This document shows, in pieces, positions 19,440 to 27,596 of a stretch of 64,000 nucleotides of DNA. Source of the DNA: Helicobacter cetorum (GTDB lineage Bacteria > Campylobacterota > Campylobacteria > Campylobacterales > UBA6016); NCBI GenBank assembly GCA_022729705.1, contig DZAX01000011.1:1063-65062 (forward strand), in the 5' to 3' direction. Numbering within the stretch: position 1 is the stretch's first letter; each line of letters opens with the position of its first letter. A program made the position numbers and the translations under genes. Below the pieces are notes generated by a model. It was not told the DNA's origin and made no database searches. It saw only the letters and a list, made by a program, of their open reading frames with translations.

Positions 19440-20444
19440 ATGTTTTTTGGAAATGCAAATCTCGATAAGCTAGAAGAGCTGGAAGATCAAATAATAGAGC
19501 TCATAAGCGGCAAAAGAAATGTTGTGACTTCAAAAGGGGCGGACGATAGCTCAAAAGCGGCGGAACTCTCTAGAAAACTTTTAAAACTCGCCGAAATTTA
19601 TGGTTCCAAAACTCAGCAAGATATGAAAGTAACGGGCGAAATGGTGCTTTTAGCTTCAAAAGTCGCAAACGGTTTTTATGATTGCAGGGTCGGCAACACA
19701 TCAGATACGCCTGAGATAAAAGTACTCGCAAAAACAATCAATGAAATGCTAGACAGCATAGAAGACAGCTTGAAAAAGTCAAACAAAACCCTTAAAGAGT
19801 ACGGCGCCAAAAACTATAGCGTAAAAATCGATATAGGTCACCTTGGTGGACAGATGAAAGAGATGTTGGAGGGGGTTAATACCCTCGGCGAGGCACTCGG
19901 AGAGGCGCAAAAACAAAATGAATTGTCTTCAAAAATGCTGGAGCATAAAGCGGGCGAACTTGGCACGGCTATAGACTCTCTTAAACAGACTACTTTTAAA
20001 GAGCTTAGCCTAATTGTAAACGGAACCTCCAGAAGAATCCTAGAAGCGTCTCACAAACAAAACGAACTAGCAGACAATCTAGCAAAACTAAGCTCAGACG
20101 CCGACCAAGCAAAAGGTATTTTGACCGTTATCGGAGATGTTGCGGATCAAACAAACCTACTAGCTCTAAACGCCGCAATAGAAGCGGCTAGAGCCGGCGA
20201 ACACGGCAGAGGATTTGCCGTTGTCGCCGACGAAGTGCGAAAACTAGCCGAGAGAACACAAAAAAGCCTTACAGAAATCAACGCCACAATTAGCGTTCTA
20301 GTTCAAGGAATAGGCGACAATTCAGACTCGCTAAACGCTAGCGCAAAAGAGATGAACGAGCTAACCGAAGAACTTTCAAAAGTCGACCAAAAAATGGAAG
20401 AAGTTCTTGGTGTGATGAATAACTTAACTGGCAAGGAGAGGTAA
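19440..20444 (+). CDS. soluble MCP signalling-domain transducer (CetA-like, no TM segment)
   Basis: 334 aa. Highly conserved MCP hairpin tip [38 protein letters not shown]. No hydrophobic segment. Starts 19 nt after the PAS gene. Confidence 0.8.
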   Translation: MFFGNANLDKLEELEDQIIELISGKRNVVTSKGADDSSKAAELSRKLLKLAEIYGSKTQQDMKVTGEMVLLASKVANGFYDCRVGNTSDTPEIKVLAKTINEMLDSIEDSLKKSNKTLKEYGAKNYSVKIDIGHLGGQMKEMLEGVNTLGEALGEAQKQNELSSKMLEHKAGELGTAIDSLKQTTFKELSLIVNGTSRRILEASHKQNELADNLAKLSSDADQAKGILTVIGDVADQTNLLALNAAIEAARAGEHGRGFAVVADEVRKLAERTQKSLTEINATISVLVQGIGDNSDSLNASAKEMNELTEELSKVDQKMEEVLGVMNNLTGKER

Positions 20445-20447
20445 AAA

Positions 20448-20951
20448 ATGGCCGAAGATAAAGAAAAAGTTGCGCCTGCAGGCGATAAGAAAAAAACTAT
20501 CCTAATAGCCGTTGCAGGCGGACTTCTGTTGCTACTGATAGGCGGAGGCGCAATAGCGTTTTTTGTGATTGGCGGCGATAAAGGCGACAATGAAGTGCAT
20601 TCGGCACAACCATCTAAAAAAAGAGCGGTAAGCAAGGATGACTTAACGGTTGGTCCAATGATTGAGCTTGGAAGTCTTGTTGTAAACCTTATGAGCGAAA
20701 GCGGGAATAAATTTGCAAAAATATCCGTAGCACTAGAGCTTGATTCACAAGAGCTTGCTCCGGAAATGACGGCTAAAAAAGCTATAGCGGCGGATATAGT
20801 TATCTCTGTTATCTCTTCAAAAACAGCAGAGGAGCTAATGAACCTAAAAGGTAAAGAGGCAGCTAAAAATGAGATTATGGAAAAAATAAACGAAAGACTA
20901 AAAGACGGTAGAGTCAAAAATGTCTATATTACAAACTTTGTTATTCAGTAA
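20448..20951 (+). CDS. fliL: flagellar basal-body-associated protein FliL
   Basis: 167 aa. Charged N-terminus, a single TM (ILIAVAGGLLLLLIGGGAIAFFVIGG) and the FliL C-terminal pattern (LVVNL...KFAKISVALE...ITNFVIQ). Confidence 0.85.
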   Translation: MAEDKEKVAPAGDKKKTILIAVAGGLLLLLIGGGAIAFFVIGGDKGDNEVHSAQPSKKRAVSKDDLTVGPMIELGSLVVNLMSESGNKFAKISVALELDSQELAPEMTAKKAIAADIVISVISSKTAEELMNLKGKEAAKNEIMEKINERLKDGRVKNVYITNFVIQ

Positions 20952-20959
20952 TTGAACCA

Positions 20960-21097
20960 TTTGATTGATTCTCACATTTTAAGCAAAGCTCAAAATGAGG
21001 TCTTCAGCAGACGGCTCTCGCGGCTTGCCATGATTTTGATTGATTCTCACATTTTAAGCAAAGCTCAAAATGAGGTCTTCAGCAGACGGCTCTCGCG
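20960..21097. repeat. two perfect 63-bp direct repeats (20960..21022 and 21035..21097) separated by 12 bp
   Basis: The unit TTTGATTGATTCTCACATTTTAAGCAAAGCTCAAAATGAGGTCTTCAGCAGACGGCTCTCGCG occurs twice with no mismatch. Each unit holds an imperfect palindrome, CTCACATTTTAAGC/GCTCAAAATGAG. Confidence 0.9.
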
Positions 21098-21133
21098 ACT
21101 AGTCGCTCTTGGAATTAGTGGTTTCAATCTGTT

Positions 21134-21493
21134 TTGATAGGTATTGATATTGTAAAAATAGAGAGGATAGAAAGAGCTGTAAATAGGCGCGGTGCTCTGT
21201 TTTTACGAAAATTTTTGTCCAAAGAAGAGATTGAAAACTCAAAGAGCGCGTCCTCTTTAGCCGCTAAATGGGCGGCTAAAGAGGCTGTGGCAAAGGCTAT
21301 TGGTTGCGGTGTCTGCGCCAAACTAGGTTTCTTGGATATAGAAATAAAAAAAACTGAGCGTGGAGCCCCGTTTGCTATTCTGAGCGAAAGGGCTTCAAAA
21401 GAGTTTGGAGTAGAAAAAATAAGCATATCCATAACGCATGACGGAGGGTATGCTATCGCTGCGGCTATTATTTATCCGCCGCCGACAAACTGA
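21134..21493 (+). CDS. acpS: holo-[acyl-carrier-protein] synthase
   Basis: 119 aa. MIGIDIVKIERIERAV..., AAKWAAKEAVAKA and ISITHDGGYA are typical of AcpS. TTG start. Confidence 0.9.
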   Translation: MIGIDIVKIERIERAVNRRGALFLRKFLSKEEIENSKSASSLAAKWAAKEAVAKAIGCGVCAKLGFLDIEIKKTERGAPFAILSERASKEFGVEKISISITHDGGYAIAAAIIYPPPTN

Positions 21494-21675
21494 AGTAGTT
21501 CAAGCTTATCGCCCTCCTCCAAAAGACGCTTTTCCCAATCGTCTTTTTTTACTATCTGCATATTTATAGCCGCCGCCATTATTTTTGTCTCTACGCCCTC
21601 TTGCTTGATAAATGAAAGCAAGCTTACGCCCTCGCTTATCTCTCTTTTTTCGCCGTTTATAAAAACTGTCATCAA
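21472..21675 (-). CDS. ThiS/MoaD-family sulfur-carrier protein
   Basis: 67 aa. A beta-grasp-sized protein ending in GGG (C-terminal Gly-Gly), with a FINGEKREI start typical of ThiS. Confidence 0.6.
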   Translation of the reverse strand: MMTVFINGEKREISEGVSLLSFIKQEGVETKIMAAAINMQIVKKDDWEKRLLEEGDKLELLQFVGGG

Positions 21676-22679
21676 AACCCTTTCGTAAAACTAATCATCT
21701 TAAATCTCTCTCCAAAGCCCTCAGGCGCAATAAGAGCTTTTACTTTTGCGGCTTCTTTTGCATACGCCGCATTACCGGCTTTTTGCAGATAGATTTGCAA
21801 CAAATCCAAAATCCCAAAATCTACAAGAGCGGACGCTTGGTTTTTGTACTCGCAAAAAATAAATCCTTCTTGCAAAAAAGCTTTTTTTAGATGTTCAAAA
21901 TTAACATCATAAGTCATATCCGCTTTTTTAAAAAAACGGCTTAAGTCGCTTATTCCAAACAGCGGCTCCGTCGTGTGTCCGCTATATATGCGTGCCGAAA
22001 AATCGTTTCTTGCGTAAGCCTGTCCATAATCAAACGTCGTAAAATATAGCTTTTTAAAAGAGCCAAAAAGTTTTTTGGCAAACTCTTCATACCCAAGCGC
22101 TATTTCACCTTTTGTCACACCCAAACTATTTGCAATCTCCATTAGGCTCGGCTCGCAATCTGCAAACTCTATTGCATGCTTGTTTACCACACCGCTTTTT
22201 CCATCCAAAAACAGCTCGCAAGCAAAAGCGTCAAATATTTCGTTTGCAAATACAAATGCGTCTCTATCCTCATATCCGCAAAGAGAGCTTACGATTTCAA
22301 AGTCAACGTCAGAAAAAAACTCACAAAGCTCTTTTTTTTGTAAAGCAGCCACACGCTCTTCTCTCTCCACAATAACAAATTTAACCGTTTTTAGAAGATT
22401 TGGAGCAAGTCCCGCCAAAAAAGAGGCAAAATCTTTTAACGCATAAAGGGAGTTTGCTCCAAATTCACAAATGATGGCGTTTTCGCCAAGCTTGCCCGCT
22501 TCTACTAAAGAGATAAATTTATTTGCGATAGAGCCGCCAAAAAACATAGAGACGCTCGGAGAGGTCAAAAAATCACCCTCCCCTCCAACTTGACCAAGCC
22601 CCTTATAATAGCCGTTTTCTCCATACAACCACTCATTCATATACTCCGAAAATTTCAATCTAAACTCTGGCAAGCGCAC
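21672..22679 (-). CDS. SAM-dependent methyltransferase (DUF185/MidA-like)
   Basis: 335 aa. GDFLTSPSVSMFFG and ICEFGANS motifs resemble the MidA/NDUFAF7 family. Confidence 0.5.
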   Translation of the reverse strand: MRLPEFRLKFSEYMNEWLYGENGYYKGLGQVGGEGDFLTSPSVSMFFGGSIANKFISLVEAGKLGENAIICEFGANSLYALKDFASFLAGLAPNLLKTVKFVIVEREERVAALQKKELCEFFSDVDFEIVSSLCGYEDRDAFVFANEIFDAFACELFLDGKSGVVNKHAIEFADCEPSLMEIANSLGVTKGEIALGYEEFAKKLFGSFKKLYFTTFDYGQAYARNDFSARIYSGHTTEPLFGISDLSRFFKKADMTYDVNFEHLKKAFLQEGFIFCEYKNQASALVDFGILDLLQIYLQKAGNAAYAKEAAKVKALIAPEGFGERFKMISFTKGF

Positions 22680-23841
22680 CCCTAAGCCTTTTAAAACCTT
22701 CGTTTATCTCCTCGTCCGTTATCGTAAGCGGCGGTAAAAACCTAACCGTACTTTGAGCGGATTTGATAACAAGAACGCCCTCTTTAAAAGCTTCATTAAT
22801 CGTATTTTGCATAATCTCATCGCTTTTTGCCCTTAGCCCTCTCAAAAGCCCGATACCTACGACGCCCTCAAATAGATGTGGGAAATCGGCGACAGTAGCG
22901 TTTAAGCGCTCGCTAAAGCTATCTATTCTAGCCGATAATCTTTTGCTTTTATGCTCCTCATCCAATACCCCCAAAACAGCCGTAGCCGCTCTTGTGGAGA
23001 GCGGATTACCTCCAAAAGTAGAGCCGTGGTCTCCGGGGTTAAATATGTCTTTTAAAGTGGTGCAAACAGCCCCTATCGGCACGCCTCCCGCCAAACCTTT
23101 GGCAAGCGTAAATACGTCTGGCTCCACGCCGATAACCTGACACGCCAAAAACTCACCGCTCCTAAAAACTCCGCTTTGTATCTCATCAAACATCAAAAGT
23201 ACATTTTGCTCTTTTGTCACTTCTCTTAACTTTTCAAGCTCTTTTTTATCAAACGCATACACCCCGCCCTCGGCTTGAATAGGCTCCAACATAACCGCCG
23301 CCGTATGCTCGTCAATTCTAGCGATAGCGTCTTCTATGTTTTCCGCATGCACAAAACCATCAGGATACGGACCGAAAAAATCATGAAATCTATCTTGCGC
23401 CGTAGCTTTGAGCGTTGTTATCGTGCGCCCATGAAAAGAGTTTTTAATTGTAATAATCTTATATCTCTTCGTGTCAAAGTTTGCCTCTCCAAACTTTCTA
23501 GCAATCTTTATAGCGCCTTCGTTTGCCTCTGCTCCGCTATTGCCAAAAAAGACGCAAATATCCATTTTTGAGAGCTCTTGTATTTTTTTTGCCGCTTCAA
23601 CTTGCGAATCTATATAGAAAAGATTTGATATGTGATGAACGCCATTTACCGCTTCATTGACGGCTTTTATAAGTGCCGGATGTCTATATCCGACTGAATT
23701 AACAGCAATACCAGACATAAAGTCAATATAGCTTTTACCATTTTTATCGTACAATTTGCAACCATCAGCATCCGTAAAGTTGACGTAGTTTCTTTTGTAT
23801 GTATGAAGTAGATATTTTGACTCTTCTTGTTCGTAATTCAT
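22660..23841 (-). CDS. argD: acetylornithine aminotransferase (class III PLP aminotransferase)
   Basis: 393 aa. GNSGAEANEGAIK, FDEIQSG, and the TLAKGLAGGVPIG PLP-lysine region. Confidence 0.8.
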   Translation of the reverse strand: MNYEQEESKYLLHTYKRNYVNFTDADGCKLYDKNGKSYIDFMSGIAVNSVGYRHPALIKAVNEAVNGVHHISNLFYIDSQVEAAKKIQELSKMDICVFFGNSGAEANEGAIKIARKFGEANFDTKRYKIITIKNSFHGRTITTLKATAQDRFHDFFGPYPDGFVHAENIEDAIARIDEHTAAVMLEPIQAEGGVYAFDKKELEKLREVTKEQNVLLMFDEIQSGVFRSGEFLACQVIGVEPDVFTLAKGLAGGVPIGAVCTTLKDIFNPGDHGSTFGGNPLSTRAATAVLGVLDEEHKSKRLSARIDSFSERLNATVADFPHLFEGVVGIGLLRGLRAKSDEIMQNTINEAFKEGVLVIKSAQSTVRFLPPLTITDEEINEGFKRLRGALARV

Positions 23842-23865
23842 ATTAACAGCCCTTTTTTTAATTTA

Positions 23866-24002
23866 GTTTACCAACCTTACGCACCAAAAACGCAAAGACC
23901 CCTCATTTCTCCCGCGAATGCGGGTAGCTTTAGGGGGTTGCAAGGGACATTCATGTCCCTGCCGCCAATACGGGCTTTGCTCGTATTGGTGCGTAAAATC
24001 AG
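23866..24002 (+). repeat. structured MITE-like repeat, copy 1 (full length)
   Basis: Outer arms TTACGCAC (23877..23884) and TGCGTAA (23890..23896). Hairpins CCCGC-gaat-GCGGG (23911..23924), AGGGACA-ttca-TGTCCCT (23943..23960) and CCAATACGGGC-ttt-GCTCGTATTGG (23965..23989). An 8-mer, TTAATTTA, occurs at 23858..23865 and 24003..24010. Confidence 0.85.
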
Positions 24003-24055
24003 TTAATTTATGAAAAAATTGTATCAAAAGCTTGATAACAAAATAAAGGCGACTA

Positions 24056-26092
24056 ATGCTACATATAAAAACAGAGATAAAAGATAGAGTTCTTATAGTT
24101 GACGACACAAAAACTATAGTTCAAATACTCTCGGTTGTGCTAAAAAAAGAGGGCTTTGACGTTATCAGCGCCTTAAGCGGCGAAGAAGCGCTGTTGCTAC
24201 TTGAAACAGAGCCTGTAGACGTAGTGCTTATGGATATACAGATGGACAACGGAATAGACGGTTTTGAAACATGTAGAATTCTAAAGAACACCGCAAAAAC
24301 AAAAGATATACCGGTTGTTTTTCTAACAGCTTTTGATGATTTGGAGACAAAAGTAGCTGGTTTTGAAGCGGGCGGCGTGGATTTTATATCTAAGTCTTTT
24401 GACAAAATAGAGATACTTACAAGGGTAAAAAGCCAAGTCAAATTATTCAAGCTTCAAAACAGCCTTAAAAGCGGTCTAGCATACATCAAAGCTATACTCG
24501 ACGCAGAAAAACAGCTTGTAGCTATTTATGATGAAAATTTAAATTTAGAAAACTATAATCAAGCTTTTGCGGATATTTTTGCTCCTTCTGCAAACTTTTT
24601 AATATCTCTAAGGCTAAGCCCTTATGAAAAATACGCCTCGCCGGCGAGTGATGAAAAGCTATTTGAGATGTTAGCCACGGGACAACTTTTTAAAAGTCGA
24701 ATAGAAGGAGCAGGCGGAGTATTTGGTATTGAATTAACAGAAGCCAGAGTACTTGGAGATACAAAAAAAATTCTCACAATAAGCGATATTAGTGCGCACG
24801 AGGTCGCCAAAAAACAAGAAATGGAGCTCTTGAAATTTAAAGAGAGATACCACAACGCACAAGAGCAAGACGCTTTTAAAAAACAAAAAAAAATAATTCA
24901 AGACGAAGTATCCCATCTTTTTAAGAATGGGTGGCTTTTTGATTCTTACTATAGACCGCTTGATATTTTAAGCGGGGATACTTTTGGAGCTATCAAGATA
25001 AATGACGATAGATACTTATTTTACATTGTGGACGCTATGGGCAAAGGGCTTAGTGCGTCTGTCACAAGCATTCAATCCACCTCTTTTATCAATAATTCGG
25101 TAGATCAAGCCATAGAACGCGGCGATTTTAAACTAGAAGACGTCATAAAACCGTTTTGCCACTTTATCAAAAAGCAACTTCTAAGCGACGAACTTTTATG
25201 TATTGTATTTTTGGATTTTGATATGAAAAATGAATCAATCAAGATAGCAAACTATGGAATGCCGCCGATACTGCTGGAAACGGCCGACGTGATAAGAAAT
25301 ATAAAGCCAAACAATGCGCCTATTATGTCGTTTTTTTCAAGCGATACAATAGACGATATTAGCCTCAAAGATGTTATCAAAATAGCGCTATACTCGGACG
25401 GTCTCAACGAGGCGGCGTGCAATGATGATAAACCATACTCAAACAGCATTGACACCGATTTTAGAGAATCTACCCTAATAAGAGAGTTTTTAAAAGCTTT
25501 TGAATCAAAAACTTCAAAACTAGACGACGATGTAACACTAATTTTTATATCCAAACCGTCAATGAAAAATTTTCTTTTTAAAAAAACAGTGGAAATTAAC
25601 TCAACTATATCAGAGATTGTTCAATTAAACAAAGAAGCTGAAAAAATGATAAGTAGCGCTGATGTAAATATAAGAGACTCGTCTGAGGCGATGCTTGTAT
25701 TTAGCGAACTCCTGATGAATGCTTTTGAACACGGGGCTCTTAATCTAACGCCGATAGAAAAGCAGCGCCTATTATCTGAAGACAAATATGAGGAGTTTTT
25801 AAATAGCTATGACGATTCGTCTGAGACAAAAAAGATAGTTGTAGGGCTCTGTGTGGCAAAAATAGAAAATAACGATTTAATGCTGGAAGTCGGTATTGAA
25901 GACCCCGGAGATGGATTTGAGTACACGGAAGCGTTTAAATCCATGTATTTCAAAGACAATACTAAATTCTCAGGCAGGGGAATTTGGATGGCAAACGACC
26001 TAGCGGATGGCGTATTCTTTAATGAGCGCGGAAATAAGACAACTTTTTTCAAAAAACTACAAAAAAAATCAAACTCATTTGACGCCCTTTAG
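24056..26092 (+). CDS. response regulator fused to a PP2C (SpoIIE-type) phosphatase and an RsbW-like serine kinase (HsbR-like)
   Basis: 678 aa. REC domain (RVLIVDD...VVLMDIQM...ISKSF). SpoIIE/PP2C region (SGDTFG, VDAMGKG, YSDGLNEA, DDDVTLI). C-terminal HATPase_c: N box ELLMNAFEHG, G1 EDPGDGF, G2 SGRGIWMA. Confidence 0.8.
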   Translation: MLHIKTEIKDRVLIVDDTKTIVQILSVVLKKEGFDVISALSGEEALLLLETEPVDVVLMDIQMDNGIDGFETCRILKNTAKTKDIPVVFLTAFDDLETKVAGFEAGGVDFISKSFDKIEILTRVKSQVKLFKLQNSLKSGLAYIKAILDAEKQLVAIYDENLNLENYNQAFADIFAPSANFLISLRLSPYEKYASPASDEKLFEMLATGQLFKSRIEGAGGVFGIELTEARVLGDTKKILTISDISAHEVAKKQEMELLKFKERYHNAQEQDAFKKQKKIIQDEVSHLFKNGWLFDSYYRPLDILSGDTFGAIKINDDRYLFYIVDAMGKGLSASVTSIQSTSFINNSVDQAIERGDFKLEDVIKPFCHFIKKQLLSDELLCIVFLDFDMKNESIKIANYGMPPILLETADVIRNIKPNNAPIMSFFSSDTIDDISLKDVIKIALYSDGLNEAACNDDKPYSNSIDTDFRESTLIREFLKAFESKTSKLDDDVTLIFISKPSMKNFLFKKTVEINSTISEIVQLNKEAEKMISSADVNIRDSSEAMLVFSELLMNAFEHGALNLTPIEKQRLLSEDKYEEFLNSYDDSSETKKIVVGLCVAKIENNDLMLEVGIEDPGDGFEYTEAFKSMYFKDNTKFSGRGIWMANDLADGVFFNERGNKTTFFKKLQKKSNSFDAL

Positions 26093-26154
26093 CTCAGACT
26101 AAGAGAGTTTTTTTTACAATAGATAGGATTCAAACTAAAAACAAAGGATTTTCC

Positions 26155-26463
26155 ATGCAGATAGAAAGCTCGCAAAACGAATTCGGACACAAGGTTCTAA
26201 TAAAGGAAGTTATTAAAACCATAGAGGACAGCGCAATTTTTAAAAAATTTATTTTTGATCTTTTAGACAAAGACCCCAAGGTAAAAGTTGATATACATGT
26301 ACTAGACTCGTATATACTAACCTCTTCCATCATAGGCTCCGTACTCAAAATGGTTCAAAAAGACGGCGCAAATATCTCTCTTTTCGTATACAACGACTAT
26401 CTATACGAACTGCTTGACAAATTAAACCTTATCACTCTTTTAAATGTCAAGAAAAACTTTTAA
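26155..26463 (+). CDS. STAS-domain anti-sigma-factor antagonist (SpoIIAA/HsbA-like)
   Basis: 102 aa. Size and pattern of a STAS domain, with the conserved DS (phospho-serine position) in VLDSYILTSSIIGSVL. Lies directly downstream of the kinase/phosphatase fusion. Confidence 0.65.
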   Translation: MQIESSQNEFGHKVLIKEVIKTIEDSAIFKKFIFDLLDKDPKVKVDIHVLDSYILTSSIIGSVLKMVQKDGANISLFVYNDYLYELLDKLNLITLLNVKKNF

Positions 26464-26523
26464 GATATTATGTCCATTTAGATTTATGCAAATAAAACAT
26501 TCATGTCAAGATATATCCAGAAA

Positions 26524-26645
26524 CTCACCTTACGGTGCCGCCCCTAAACTCCCCCGCGAAAGCGGGTAACTTCAGGGGGATGCAAGGGACATTTATGTCC
26601 CTGCCACATATACGGGCTTCGCTCGTATATGTGCGTAACATCCAG
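26524..26645 (+). repeat. structured MITE-like repeat, copy 2
   Basis: CCCGCGAAAGCGGG, AGGGACATTTATGTCCCT, CACATATACGGGCTTCGCTCGTATATGTG, and a 3' end GTGCGTAACATCCAG. Same order as copy 1. Confidence 0.85.
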
Positions 26646-26734
26646 CGGCAAAGTAACTCTTTCGTAACACACACACACTACAATCTTTACACAACTAAAC
26701 ACTGTATACAGTGATTCACTAGGGTATTTAGGTC

Positions 26735-27595
26735 ATGAAAAATGTTAACATAGGCGACTTCGTTTTCGAGAGTTTATCTCGGTTTATGGCGCTATCGGTT
26801 TTTGTGGTTTTGGTAGCCATCTTTATAGTTCTCTACGCAGATGCAAAACCAGCGATTGAGGAGTTTGGAACCGCTTTTCTTACAGGAGAAATTTGGGCTC
26901 CAAATATGGAAACCTTTGGCGCCTTGCCTTCTATTTACGGTACTATTATCAGCACCATGATAGCGATGCTTATAGCTACGCCTATAGCGATTGGAATAGC
27001 GATATTTCTAAGCGAAATAGCGCATGATAAAATAAAAGGCGTCGCCGGCACACTGATAGAGTTGCTAGCGGCTATTCCATCGGTCATATATGGTATGTGG
27101 GGTCTATTTTATTTTGTGCCTATCATCAGAGACGCAACCGGCGGTTCGGGAATGGGCTTGCTAACCGGCGGCGTAATACTTGCAATCATGATAGTCCCTT
27201 TTACCGCCTCTATTACAAGAGATTCGATGAATACGACTCCAGATATTCTAAAGGAGTCTGCGTACGCTCTTGGCGCCACAAAATGGGACGTTATAAAAGA
27301 CGTAATACTTCCGTACGCCAAAATAGGCGTTATCGGCTCTGTTATTTTGTCTTTAGGTAGAGCTCTTGGCGAAACGATGGCGGTTACCTTTGTTATGGGT
27401 AACGCTCAAAAAATTCCGAGCAGTATCTTGGAGCCGGCGACCAGTATACCTGTCACACTGGCAAACGAGTTTACGGAAGCGGACAGCGATATATATTACT
27501 CAAGCCTATATTTGCTTGCACTCTTACTATTTGTTATAAGTTTTGCGATTATAGCCACGGCTAAATTCCTTTTCTTGAAAAAAGCGAGACAATAA
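26735..27595 (+). CDS. pstC: phosphate ABC transporter permease PstC
   Basis: 286 aa, polytopic. EAA-loop-like region ESAYALGATKWDVIKDVILP. Confidence 0.9.
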   Translation: MKNVNIGDFVFESLSRFMALSVFVVLVAIFIVLYADAKPAIEEFGTAFLTGEIWAPNMETFGALPSIYGTIISTMIAMLIATPIAIGIAIFLSEIAHDKIKGVAGTLIELLAAIPSVIYGMWGLFYFVPIIRDATGGSGMGLLTGGVILAIMIVPFTASITRDSMNTTPDILKESAYALGATKWDVIKDVILPYAKIGVIGSVILSLGRALGETMAVTFVMGNAQKIPSSILEPATSIPVTLANEFTEADSDIYYSSLYLLALLLFVISFAIIATAKFLFLKKARQ

Positions 27596-27596
27596 A

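Noticed and set aside
20303-20917. 204-aa minus-strand ORF
   Set aside because: It is Ser/Ile/Phe-rich and low complexity. It lies antisense to the well-supported MCP-domain and fliL genes.
20952-21137. 61-aa ORF with internally repeated peptide LIDSHILSKAQNEVFSRRLSRL
   Set aside because: The peptide repeat is only the translation of the perfect 63-bp DNA tandem repeat. There is no RBS. The ORF begins at a TTG immediately after the fliL stop and overlaps the acpS start. I treat it as non-coding repeat DNA.
23863-24108. 81-aa minus-strand ORF, and the N-terminal extension of the PCuAC ORF (41266..41340) plus ORFs 41247..41456 and 41259..41717
   Set aside because: These reading frames run through copies of the structured repeat. 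The repeat occurs in non-coding contexts elsewhere. The PCuAC signal peptide begins at the internal ATG 41341.
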